A stretch of 64,000 bases of DNA from positions 192,001-256,000 of the forward strand of contig OY970178.1 of NCBI GenBank assembly GCA_963707915.1, in the 5' to 3' direction. Position numbers and translations under genes: made by a program. Source of the stretch: Candidatus Eiseniibacteriota bacterium. GTDB taxonomy: Bacteria > Eisenbacteria > RBG-16-71-46. Below are positions 19,071 to 28,472 of this stretch, one piece after another. The number at the start of each line of letters is the position of its first letter. The first letter of the stretch is position 1. The notes under the pieces were generated by a model. It was not told the DNA's origin and ran no database searches. It was given only the letters and a program-made list of their open reading frames with translations.

Positions 19071-20522
19071 ATGGGACCCATGCCTCGTTGTGTCCTGTCG
19101 CTGGTGCTGCTCGGGCTGGTGACCGCGGGTTGCGCGGTCAATCCCGTCACCGGCCGGCGCGAGTTGTCGCTGGTCGGCCCCGAGCAGGAGCTGAAGATCG
19201 GCAGCGAAGGCTACAAGGCGGTGGTCGCGGAGTACGGGCTCTATGGCGACCCGGCGCTCCAGGCCTACGTGAACGAGGTCGGGCAGAAGGTGGCGCGGAC
19301 CTCGCACCAGCCCAGCCTGGCGTGGCACTTCGCCGTGCTCGACGACCCGACGGTGAACGCCTTCGCCATGCCCGGCGGCTACATCTACATCACCCGCGGC
19401 ATCCTCGCCCACCTGAACTCCGAGGCGCAGCTGGCGGGCGTGCTGGGCCACGAGATCGGCCACGTCACCCATCGCCACACCGCCGAGCGCATCACGCAGC
19501 AGCAGCTCTACGGCCTGGGCCTGGGCGTGGCGTCGGCGGTCTCCGAGACCGTGCGCCGCTACGGTGACCTGGCGCAGCAGGGGCTGGGGCTGCTGTTCCT
19601 CAAGTACAGCCGCGACGACGAGCGGCAGGCCGACGAGCTGGGGGTCGCCTACGCCACCGCCGCCGGCTACGATCCGCGGGAGATCCCCTCGACCTACGCC
19701 ACGCTCAAGCGGGTCGGCGAACAGGGCGGACAGCGCCTGCCGGGCTTCCTCTCGACCCATCCCGACCCGGGCGACCGCGAGGTGACCACCGCGACGCTGG
19801 CGAAGCAGGCGGCGCAGGGGAAGACCGGCCTGACGGTCAACGGGCGGGGCTACGTGCAGCGCCTCGACGGCGTGGTCTTCGGCAGCGACCCGCGGCAGGG
19901 CTACTTCGTTGGGGACGAGTACATCCACCCGACGCTGCGCTTCCAGTTGACCTTCCCGGCGGGCTGGAAGCACCAGGACACGCGCTCTTCGGTGACCGCG
20001 CAGGAGCCGGGCCAGCAGGCGGTGCTGCAGTTGACGCTGGCGGACGCCGGCACGCTCGCGCCCGGCGCGTTCGTCCAGCAACTGGCCGGCCGCGGCACCT
20101 TCACCGACGTCGCGGGCAAGCCGGAGACCATCGGCGGCTTCCCGGCCTGGGTCGGCAGGGTCTCGGTGCCCCAGGACCAGGCGGCGCCGGTGCCGGCCGC
20201 GGCCGGCTACATCCGGCGCGCCGACTCGTTGACGTTCCAGGTGCTGGGCCGCAGCCAGCAGGCCGGGGACGCGAACGACGCGAAGATCTACGCGAGCCTG
20301 CGCTCGTTCCGGGCCGTGACCGACCTGGCGCGGCTCGCCGTGCAGCCCGACCGGGTGAAGGTGGAGAAGGTCGCCGCCACCGCGACCCTCGATGCGACCC
20401 TGCGGAAGCTGGGCGCGGCCGATAGCCTGTTCCCGACCGATGCGCTGCTGAACAGCCTCGAGACCGACGAGACCGTGATGGCGGGCACGCTGCTCAAGGT
20501 GGTCGTGCCCGGGAAGCGATAG
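19071..20522 (+). CDS. M48 family zinc metalloprotease, lipoprotein
   Basis: Lipobox TAGC, NAFAMPGG, HEIGH, YSRDDERQAD and LSTHP motifs. Confidence 0.88.
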   Translation: MGPMPRCVLSLVLLGLVTAGCAVNPVTGRRELSLVGPEQELKIGSEGYKAVVAEYGLYGDPALQAYVNEVGQKVARTSHQPSLAWHFAVLDDPTVNAFAMPGGYIYITRGILAHLNSEAQLAGVLGHEIGHVTHRHTAERITQQQLYGLGLGVASAVSETVRRYGDLAQQGLGLLFLKYSRDDERQADELGVAYATAAGYDPREIPSTYATLKRVGEQGGQRLPGFLSTHPDPGDREVTTATLAKQAAQGKTGLTVNGRGYVQRLDGVVFGSDPRQGYFVGDEYIHPTLRFQLTFPAGWKHQDTRSSVTAQEPGQQAVLQLTLADAGTLAPGAFVQQLAGRGTFTDVAGKPETIGGFPAWVGRVSVPQDQAAPVPAAAGYIRRADSLTFQVLGRSQQAGDANDAKIYASLRSFRAVTDLARLAVQPDRVKVEKVAATATLDATLRKLGAADSLFPTDALLNSLETDETVMAGTLLKVVVPGKR

Positions 20523-20591
20523 GCGCGAGGGACGACTCGTTCGCGCACCGCGGCGCCCGGACCAGGATGGGTCCGGGCGCTCGAGGACACC

Positions 20592-20676
20592 GCCGGGGTG
20601 GCGGAACTGGCTAGACGCGGCGGACTTAAAATCCGCCGGGCGCAAGCCCGTCCGGGTTCGACTCCCGGCCCCGGCA
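20592..20676 (+). tRNA. tRNA-Leu(UAA), CCA not encoded
   Basis: GCCGGGG/CCCCGGC acceptor stem, anticodon loop CTTAAAA, long variable arm, GGTTCGACT T-loop, discriminator A. Confidence 0.93.
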
Positions 20677-20694
20677 GACTGCGCTGCAATACGT

Positions 20695-20720
20695 TAGGGC
20701 GCCTCGTGAGGGGCGCCCTA
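20695..20720 (+). terminator. Hairpin downstream of the tRNA
   Basis: TAGGGCGCC-N8-GGCGCCCTA followed by GTTGTT. Confidence 0.55.
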
Positions 20721-20824
20721 GTTGTTGGAATCGTCCAACGTAGCACGCACGTAGCAACTAATCCGCTAACCGCCGCTGGAGCAGCCGGGGCGGAACGGGG
20801 CAACGTCGCGGGATCGTGGCGGGG

Positions 20825-21262
20825 CTACTTCGTAACCTTTGCTGGCGCTGGCATGGCGTATTTCGCCTTGAGCGCGCCGATGGAAATGGACTGCGCGGGG
20901 ACGGGGTTGCCCACCCCGGCAAAGCTGCCGTAGAGCACCCACGTAGTTCCGCCCGAAGGCCAGTAGTAGCAACTGCCGTCGGCCAGAATCACTAACGCCG
21001 TCGGCCCCGCGCCACTGATCCCACCACACGTGTTGAGTACGGACGAAGTGCCCGGAATAGGAGTCGCGATGCTATGTAGCCCATCGCTCGCCACCATCCA
21101 CACGACCCGGTTGATTGACGCCGTGTAGTTCCCGCCAGCGCTGTCCGCACCCTCCAGCCAACCGGCGGACTGCGCCCCTGCGCTCCGCGCACCGAGGTGG
21201 TAGCTCAGCGCGAGTAAGAAGATGCCACAGGATACGAAGAAGAACGAGCGAGCACGGTTCAT
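20825..21262 (-). CDS. Secreted hypothetical protein (island)
   Basis: Signal peptide MNRARSFFFVSCGIFLLAL..AGA; GGAGG RBS; tail PVPAQSISIGALKAKY. Confidence 0.7.
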   Translation of the reverse strand: MNRARSFFFVSCGIFLLALSYHLGARSAGAQSAGWLEGADSAGGNYTASINRVVWMVASDGLHSIATPIPGTSSVLNTCGGISGAGPTALVILADGSCYYWPSGGTTWVLYGSFAGVGNPVPAQSISIGALKAKYAMPAPAKVTK

Positions 21263-21308
21263 GTGCGGCCTCCGAGGGGACTGTGGTGAAAGGTGGCGAA
21301 GACGACCC

Positions 21309-22088
21309 CTATGTGTCCTTCGGGCCAGTGTTCTGCGGGGGAGGTGTCTGCCCCAGCCGAGCCGGACTACTCGTGAGAATTGGGAGGATTGCCTCTCCGT
21401 CGTCGTAGAAGTTGAACGACACCCCCAGTCCGCGTGCTTGGCCAAGAACCTGACCAATCCTCTGCAAGGCCGCCTCGCCGATCGTACGCTGCGGTTTCCC
21501 AGACTCCTTCTGAAGGCGCGCCAATTCCGCGTCGAGTGGAGTCGGTTCCGGCAAGTCGCGCCGGGCCGCCTGACTGTCTGTGAAGACTTCGACGGCCTCC
21601 GGCACCGACTCGGCCAACATGAACCACATGTACAAGCGAGTGGCGTGGGCCTCGTCACGCAATTGCAGCAGTCGAGGCAGTAGCGCTTCAAACGACTGCA
21701 CTCGCCTCCTGAGTTCTTGAACGGTCTTCGGGAAGGCAACCCTATCCCGGACAATCCGGTCCCGAATTGGCCGCAGACAGCTCTCAATGCGACTCACGCC
21801 GATGGCAGCTTGATTGCGAATCTCCACATCGGACCGGCGCTCTGCGCGGTCGGACAGGTGCTTCTGGACGAGAAAGCCGCCGAGCACGGCCAGAGCAGCC
21901 GCGCCGAGTTGGGCGAGAATCCTCCAGAACTCGGCCCACCAGCCTAGCGATGCGCTCGCGACGCGCACGACGGTATCGGGAACGGCAACGGCCACCGTCT
22001 CAGGATGGGCGAGCGCCGCCTGGACGAGCGAATCCTTGAGCGCGACGACGTGGCGCAGGGAATCGAAGATAGATGCGAACCGCTGCAC
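21309..22088 (-). CDS. Hypothetical membrane-anchored protein (island)
   Basis: 259-aa ORF with one TM segment; AGGAG upstream of GTG. Confidence 0.5.
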   Translation of the reverse strand: MQRFASIFDSLRHVVALKDSLVQAALAHPETVAVAVPDTVVRVASASLGWWAEFWRILAQLGAAALAVLGGFLVQKHLSDRAERRSDVEIRNQAAIGVSRIESCLRPIRDRIVRDRVAFPKTVQELRRRVQSFEALLPRLLQLRDEAHATRLYMWFMLAESVPEAVEVFTDSQAARRDLPEPTPLDAELARLQKESGKPQRTIGEAALQRIGQVLGQARGLGVSFNFYDDGEAILPILTSSPARLGQTPPPQNTGPKDT

Positions 22089-22276
22089 GCGAGGTCTCCT
22101 GATGGAAGAGGGCGAAGCGTCCTTGCGCTAGTGCGACCTCGGAGGTAGTACCGGCCGCGTGGGCGCGGTCGGGTCGCTGCGGCAAGTTGCTCCCGCCAAC
22201 AAGAAGCATACGCTGTGGCCCAAGAGGCGTCTACCTTCTACTTACTGAGGCGCAAGAACCGGAATCATGCCTGGCA

Positions 22277-22900
22277 TCAGCGAGCGCCGCGCACGCGCAA
22301 CTCATCAACGAACTTCTGGAGCACCCGCTTCTGGTCCCGCACTTCATCGGGTTGCGTTGGGCCGTAGACACCTCCGGCCCCGTTGAACTCCACCTCATAT
22401 GAGTGGCTTAGACCGCAGCCACGCAAGTACTGTCGGACGTCTTGAGACCAGCGTCGGGGGCGCGCATACCGAGGCCCCGACACGGTGTACTCCCAGTCAC
22501 TCAGGAGCGTATCGGCTTCGGCGATGAAAGTGGCGAGACGTCCGCAAATCACCCTGTCGTGGTCCGTGGTTGCTGGTGCGGCCTTGGCGTTGACCACGCG
22601 GAGCGAATCAGCCACGCGGAGGGAATCGCGGGCGACCCAACCTCGAATGGCTTTGCGCGCCGCATCAATCTCGCGAGAGTGCTCACTGCGCTGTTGTGAC
22701 CAGACGCCGAACGGAGCCACCACGAGCAGAAGAAGAAAGGAGGCCTTTGCGAGAATACGTCCTGCCTTGAAGCGTTCCTCGAGCGCAGGCCACCTGTGCA
22801 GCACGACCTCGACTAGAACCCCAGCGGCTCCAAGCCAACTCAGGAGTCCCTTCCAGACAGTGAGCACGGCTAGCAGATAGGCAAGAACGACGCCCCACAT
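22277..22900 (-). CDS. Hypothetical membrane protein (island)
   Basis: 207 aa with N-terminal hydrophobic segments; GAGGAGG RBS. Confidence 0.55.
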   Translation of the reverse strand: MWGVVLAYLLAVLTVWKGLLSWLGAAGVLVEVVLHRWPALEERFKAGRILAKASFLLLLVVAPFGVWSQQRSEHSREIDAARKAIRGWVARDSLRVADSLRVVNAKAAPATTDHDRVICGRLATFIAEADTLLSDWEYTVSGPRYARPRRWSQDVRQYLRGCGLSHSYEVEFNGAGGVYGPTQPDEVRDQKRVLQKFVDELRVRGAR

Positions 22901-23047
22901 CCTTGTCTGGTCCTCCTCAGGGTCAACACGAAGCAGCGCGCTCGGTCGCTACGGAGACCGACTGCCACCAGCATGAGGATACACCGTGGAAGCGGGCTCG
23001 GCCACGTGCGAGCGTGGGTGCAGGGTGTTCACCGGGGAGGGTCGCGC

Positions 23048-23379
23048 ATGTCTTGGTTGAAACCGTGGGCTTTGGTGGTCGTTGCCGGACTTGCCTTCGT
23101 GTACACGGGGCCGGGCCACCCGTTCGTCTGGGCCTTCGCGGTGCTAGTCGCCATCGGATTCGCTGTTCCGTCTCTTGCAGCGGACAAGCGGTCAGACCTA
23201 GCGCCCTTCTGGGTCCGCATCTGGCCGACCAGTGCCCTTCTCACCGAGACGGGGCTCGCGACAGATCAAGAAGTGAAGGCGATGGAAGCGAAGTTGATGG
23301 CGACGCATGAAGATGCGTACTTCGGCAGGTACGAATTCCATCGCTACAGCCAACCCCGGTATCCGCACGAGCACTCGTC
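23048..23379 (+). pseudogene. Membrane protein ORF apparently truncated at the att site
   Basis: GGAGG RBS and MSWLKPWALVVVAG; the frame runs into the att copy without its own stop. Confidence 0.4.
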
Positions 23380-23428
23380 AAAATCCGCCGGGCTCACGCC
23401 CGTCCGGGTTCGACTCCCGGCCCCGGCA
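23380..23428 (+). repeat. att copy: 3' half of tRNA-Leu
   Basis: AAAATCCGCCGGGCTCACGCCCGTCCGGGTTCGACTCCCGGCCCCGGCA matches 20628-20676 except 2 nt in the variable loop. Confidence 0.9.
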
Positions 23429-23690
23429 CTCTCTGCCCGCACGGGGCTCGGGGTTTCCACCGGATCGGGGCCCAGCATCCGCGCCGCACTCGTGCCCGGA
23501 TCGCGCCCGACCGCGCGACCTGCCCCTCGGATATTGCTGACGCGCGAGTGGGAAGGTGCTAGCCTTTGTCGACAGGCAGGTGGCGCCCTTCCGCTCGGGC
23601 CGACCCATGATCCTGCGGATCGGGCCGTCGCCGGCAACGGGATCAAGTCCTTCCCCCGTGATCTTCTGGAGCCGCATCCTGGAGGAAGCC

Positions 23691-24521
23691 ATGAAGAAGA
23701 TCCCTCTCACCGGCACGATGCTGCTGCTGGCTGCCTCCACGGCGCTGGCTGGCGGGCTCAACTTCAACTGGAACACGAACACGCAGTGCCCGGCCGCGGC
23801 CGACCAGTACGCGGCCAAGATGCTGACATGGGACTGCACCAATCCCGCGACCGCCAACTCGGGTGAGTTCTTCATGGTCGCCTCGGTGATGCCCAATTTC
23901 GCGCTCGTCGGGTTCCAGGCCCTGGATGCCAGGATCGAGGGCTGGAGCGAGGGTCCGCTGCCGGCATGGTGGGCGGCGGTCAATCCCGGTTCGTGTCGAG
24001 TGAGCGCCTTCATTCCCGGCCTGCCCCCGGCCATCCCCACGGCACCGTGTGCCGGCAACGCCACGACCAAGCTGTGGACGGGCCTCGCGTACGGCGGCAT
24101 GGGCACGTGGGTCACCAACGCACAGGATCCCGGCATGGAGTTGTGCCGCTTCTACACCGTGGTCGGCTTCGCGATGAACGGTCCTCGCGCGGCGAACCTG
24201 AGCACGACCACCGAGTACAACGCCTTCAACATCGCGATGCTCACCACCAACTCCGTGGACGTCCCCGAGTCGGCGCCCGGCGCGGACGACGGCGTCGTCG
24301 CCTGCGCGGGCTGCGGCGCGGGCGTGACGCTGGTCCTCACCCAGGTGGGGCTCTACGGCTCTGCTGCCGAGGACCAGGTCTACTTCCCGATATCCAGCCC
24401 GAATGCCTCGCAGGTCATCGTCTGGCAGGGTGGCGGTCACTTCAACTGGGAGCACGGGGGGTGGTGCACCGTGGCGGCCCGCAACACGACCTGGGGCCAG
24501 ATCAAGAGCCTGTACCGGTAA
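23691..24521 (+). CDS. Secreted Cys-containing protein with C-terminal TWGQIKSLYR motif
   Basis: Signal peptide MKKIPLTGTMLLLAASTALA; GGAGG RBS; terminal motif. Confidence 0.8.
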   Translation: MKKIPLTGTMLLLAASTALAGGLNFNWNTNTQCPAAADQYAAKMLTWDCTNPATANSGEFFMVASVMPNFALVGFQALDARIEGWSEGPLPAWWAAVNPGSCRVSAFIPGLPPAIPTAPCAGNATTKLWTGLAYGGMGTWVTNAQDPGMELCRFYTVVGFAMNGPRAANLSTTTEYNAFNIAMLTTNSVDVPESAPGADDGVVACAGCGAGVTLVLTQVGLYGSAAEDQVYFPISSPNASQVIVWQGGGHFNWEHGGWCTVAARNTTWGQIKSLYR

Positions 24522-24844
24522 CGGCTCCAGCCCGGAGCGGGACCCGATCCGCTCTCGTCCTTGTGCCGCAATGTGCTAGCCGGGGCCGGCGCGGGGCCGA
24601 AGAATGGCCTTCAGCGCGGCCCGGGACCCGCCGATCCACCACGGAAGCCCCGCGAGCGGGGGATCTGTTGCTTTTCGGCCGTCGGAAGTGCAGGGTTCCC
24701 CAACGGGGATCCCGCCGGCGGCAGGTGGCTCCCGACCGCGGAGCGACCGTCGCGTCGTGTCCGTGGCCAGCGTTCGAATCGATCCGGGCTCCCCACCGGA
24801 GCCGCCTCCGGTCGTTCCATCCATGTGTGGGAGAAACGACACTC

Positions 24845-26464
24845 ATGCCCCGACGTCAGCGTCTGCCTCTGCTTCGGTTCCTCGCGGTGGGTGTCGTGGC
24901 CGGCGCGCTCCTGTGGTCCGCGAGCGCTTCCGCCGCCCAGGATTCCGGTCTCACCCTGCGGGTCAACCCCGCCTTTTCTCGGGCCGGACTGACGACGGCG
25001 GAGCAACGCTGGTATGACCTGATCTGGGCGCACAACACCGGCTGTGCGTCCACGGTCCTGACCCGTTCCAACTACGACGACCTCTACACCTACGGGCGCT
25101 CCATCGGCGACTACAACACCTTCATGCTGATGGGCCTGCGAGCCACCGGGGACCGGGCCTTCCTGGACCGCGTGAAGACCATCACCGACTCCATGCGGAC
25201 GAAGCTCCGGGACGCCGACGACGCCTGCGTGGGCGGCGCGACGGACGGCTACCTCGACTGGCGCTGGCGGGCGGTCGGAATGGGGTACAGCTGCACCAAC
25301 ACCGGCGGCTTCTACGGCAGCGACCGGCACCAGCTGGACGACGCGATGACCCACGGCAACCTGGCCCTGGTGGCCTATGCCTTCGTCGTCAACGCGGACA
25401 TCGACACGGCGTACGCCTCGCGGGCGGCGTTCTGGACGAACTACCTCGTGCATCACTGGGAGGCGAAGTGGATCGCCCGGGCGGGCGGCGACTCGGTCAA
25501 GGCCTGGATGGACAACGCCACCGGGATGTACAAGCACGAGGCGCACGTCGTCGCCAACATCATGCGGGCGGCCTACTACCTGTGGAAGATCACCGGCAAC
25601 CCGTCCTACAAGGCGCGGGCGGACGCGCTCGCGGCGCTCTCGGCCGCGAACTGCGTGCCGAACCCGAGCGTGCCGACGGCGTACAGCTGGCATCACCAGG
25701 TCGACAACAACGACACCTGGCAGACGATCAACTACGCGCAACACACGAGCGGCGTCTTCTCCGACCTCCACGTCGACGGCTACACGCCCTACGCGAGCGA
25801 CGTGGTGATCAAGCGGTTCACGTCCACCTACCGCGACATCGTGCTGGGCGCCTCGGCGCCGACCTACCAGCTGATGAGTCCGGACGTCTACGGGGGTGGC
25901 ACGCAGATCAGCACGTCGCCGGGCTACGGCGGGATCTCGTCGTTCGCGCGCTGGGACAGCACGGGGAAGGTGCTCGCGTATGCGGCCGCCCTCACCTCCG
26001 CGTCGCCCTCGGCCAGCAGCATCTACGCCGTGCCGGTGCTCGCGGGAGCGCTGCTGGCGGTGAGCGCCCGCGGCGCCACCAACGCGCCCCCGTCCCGGAT
26101 CGGCGACCTCGCCGCCCCGCAGGTGGGCGACAGCAGCGTGGTGCTGACCTGGACCGCGCCGGGCGACGACGGCGCGAGCGGCCGCGCGGCCCTCTACCAG
26201 CTGCGGCGGTCGAGCCAGCCGATCACGGACGCGAACTTCGCCGCGGCCAGCGTGGTTCCCATCTCGCAGCTCCCGCGGGCCGCCGGCACGGTCGAGTCGT
26301 TCCTGGTCTACGGCCTGGTCCCCGGCACGCCCTACTTCTTCGCGATCCGCTCGCTCGACGACGCAGCCAGCGCCTCGCTGGTCAGCAACAACGTCGCGGT
26401 CACCACCGCGGCGACCGACACGATCCCGCCCGCGGCCATCCGGGACCTCTCGGGGACCCCGTAG
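24845..26464 (+). CDS. Secreted protein: putative helical enzymatic domain + fibronectin type III domain
   Basis: Signal peptide ending ASA; FN3 motif LTWTAPGDDG...YFFAIR; W/Y/H-rich core. Confidence 0.75.
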   Translation: MPRRQRLPLLRFLAVGVVAGALLWSASASAAQDSGLTLRVNPAFSRAGLTTAEQRWYDLIWAHNTGCASTVLTRSNYDDLYTYGRSIGDYNTFMLMGLRATGDRAFLDRVKTITDSMRTKLRDADDACVGGATDGYLDWRWRAVGMGYSCTNTGGFYGSDRHQLDDAMTHGNLALVAYAFVVNADIDTAYASRAAFWTNYLVHHWEAKWIARAGGDSVKAWMDNATGMYKHEAHVVANIMRAAYYLWKITGNPSYKARADALAALSAANCVPNPSVPTAYSWHHQVDNNDTWQTINYAQHTSGVFSDLHVDGYTPYASDVVIKRFTSTYRDIVLGASAPTYQLMSPDVYGGGTQISTSPGYGGISSFARWDSTGKVLAYAAALTSASPSASSIYAVPVLAGALLAVSARGATNAPPSRIGDLAAPQVGDSSVVLTWTAPGDDGASGRAALYQLRRSSQPITDANFAAASVVPISQLPRAAGTVESFLVYGLVPGTPYFFAIRSLDDAASASLVSNNVAVTTAATDTIPPAAIRDLSGTP

Positions 26465-26525
26465 TCGCGGAGCCCGCGACCGGCCGCCCGCTCGCTCCCG
26501 CGACGTCGGCGGCGGTGGCGCGCCC

Positions 26526-28025
26526 CTACGCCGGTGGCCCGATCTTGCAGATGATCGCGGTCAGGTCGTCGGTCTGGGGGGTGCCGTCCGCGAAGGCCCG
26601 GACCCCGGCAACGAGGCCCTCGAGCGCCTGCCGGGCGGACCCGGCGAGGTGGCCCCGGAGCAACCGCAGGGCGCCCTCGGCACCGAGGAACTCGCCGCCG
26701 GGCGACTGGCTCTCGGTGACCCCGTCCGTCATGAGGACCACGGTGTCCCCGGTCTCGAGCGGGACGGGTTCCGCGTCCACGACGCCCCACGCCGGCGAGA
26801 CGCCGAGCGGGGTCCCGCTGCTCTCGAGCGCGAACCGCGGCCGCCCGTCACGCCCCACCACGAACCCGGACGGGTGCCCCGCGTTGGCGTAGGTCAGGAG
26901 CCGCTTGCGCGTGTCCAGGCAGGCCAGCAGCATGGTGACGAAGCGCCCGTCCTCCAGGTCGTCGATCAGCGCGCGGTTGAGCGCGCGCAGCACGTCGCCC
27001 GGCTCCGGCAGCGTGCGCATGAAGGCGCGCAGGTAGCCGCGGGTCTCGGCCATCACCACCGCCGGACCGAGGCCGTGCCCGCTGACGTCGCCGATGACGA
27101 TCCCGAGCCGGCCGTCGGCCGCGGCCACGTAGTCGAAGTAGTCGCCGCTCATCGCGGTGGAGGGGTACGCGACTCCGGCGAAGTCGAACCCGGGGAACTC
27201 GGGCGCCCCGGCGGGGAAGAGCCCCTGCTGCACGCGGCGGGCGATCGCCAGCTCGAGTTCCTGTTCCTGGCGGATGTGGCGGTCGGTCATGTCCTTGCCC
27301 ACCGCCACGAAGTGCGTGACCACGTCCGCCGGGTCCCGGATCGGCGTGATGGTCATCTCGGCGTGGTAGATCTCGCCGTTCTTGCGCCGGTTGACCATCG
27401 TGCCGCGGTAGACCTCCCCCGCGAGCACCGTGTCCCAGAGCTCGCGGTAGTGGGCGGAGTCGTGCCGGCCCGAGCGGAGCAACCCCGGCGTGCGGCCGAG
27501 GATCTCGTCCTTCGAATAGCCGGTGATGCGTTCGAAGCCGGGGTTGACGTACTCGACCACGCCGTTGCGGTCGGTGATGTAGATCGCGTCGGCGGTCTGC
27601 TCGACGGCGTTGGACAGCCGGCGGACGGTGGCGTCGGCGTTCCGGTGGGCGGTGACGTCGCGAAAGACCGCGACCGCGCCGACGAGTTCCCCCGACGGGT
27701 CGCGCCAGGGCATGGCGGTGACGCTGATCACCGCACCCTCGGGCCGGTACCGGCTGCGCACGTGCATCTCGACGTCGTGCACGGCCTCGCCCCGGGCGGC
27801 CCGGACCAGCGGGAGCCGCTCGGGCGGATAGGGCGTGACGCGGTCGGGGAGGAAGAGACCGTAGGCCTCGGGCCAGTCCTCGGGCTGCACGTCCAGCGAG
27901 CCGACGCCGAGGATCCGCTCGGCGGCCTCGTTGAAGACGAGGAAGGCGCCCTGGTGGTCGACCACCACGATGCCGTCGGAGATGGTCTGGAGGATGGGTT
28001 CGAGCGCCCGTGTCCGGGCGCGCAT
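26526..28025 (-). CDS. PAS-PAS-SpoIIE (PP2C) phosphatase, RsbU/RsbP-like
   Basis: Two PAS domains; SGDYFD, GDVSGHG, TDGVTE and DDLT motifs; alternative start at 28100. Confidence 0.88.
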   Translation of the reverse strand: MRARTRALEPILQTISDGIVVVDHQGAFLVFNEAAERILGVGSLDVQPEDWPEAYGLFLPDRVTPYPPERLPLVRAARGEAVHDVEMHVRSRYRPEGAVISVTAMPWRDPSGELVGAVAVFRDVTAHRNADATVRRLSNAVEQTADAIYITDRNGVVEYVNPGFERITGYSKDEILGRTPGLLRSGRHDSAHYRELWDTVLAGEVYRGTMVNRRKNGEIYHAEMTITPIRDPADVVTHFVAVGKDMTDRHIRQEQELELAIARRVQQGLFPAGAPEFPGFDFAGVAYPSTAMSGDYFDYVAAADGRLGIVIGDVSGHGLGPAVVMAETRGYLRAFMRTLPEPGDVLRALNRALIDDLEDGRFVTMLLACLDTRKRLLTYANAGHPSGFVVGRDGRPRFALESSGTPLGVSPAWGVVDAEPVPLETGDTVVLMTDGVTESQSPGGEFLGAEGALRLLRGHLAGSARQALEGLVAGVRAFADGTPQTDDLTAIICKIGPPA

Positions 28026-28472
28026 CGAGTCGCGGCCGGTGCCGGCTCGATCTTCCTGCGTCCCGGTCTCGCCGCCTGTCCGATCCCTGGCTGTCGGCAT
28101 TTCGAGTGTGCACCCCTGGGGGGAAGGGGACAGCGATGGCTTGCCGCAGCGGTGGGCGCGTCGCGTCCGCCGCTGCGACGAAACGACCGCATCCGCAGTC
28201 CCGTCGCTCGGCGACCACGGATGCGCTCCCGTCGTGATTGCTTGGATGCATCCGGGGGGCCGAGGGTGGTGCCGAAATCGATGGTCCCCCGCGCCGCCGG
28301 CCGAGCGGGCTCTGGTGTGGCGCCGCCGTGCCCGGGCCCCGGCCGGAGTGGGCTCCCCGGCGGCGCCGGCGGCCACCCGGGTGGCGGTATCGCGCGACGG
28401 ACGATGGATGGACTCCCGTGGTATCCTCGGCCCGCCTGTGTCACGTCCTACCTGCCTTCCAGGGGAGCCGCC

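Larger units (their letters stand above)
20628..23428. mobile_element. tRNA-Leu-integrated genomic island remnant, no integrase
   Basis: 49-bp direct repeats at 20628-20676 and 23380-23428 (2 mismatches); visibly less GC-rich interior; orphan ORFs. Confidence 0.8.

Noticed and set aside
23380..23428. Second tRNA-Leu gene
   Set aside because: Only the 3' half is present, with no D-arm or 5' acceptor strand; interpreted as an att site.
28140..28235. Riboswitch upstream of the PAS-SpoIIE gene
   Set aside because: Two GC-rich hairpins are present but match no aptamer consensus I recognise; an Rfam search would settle it.
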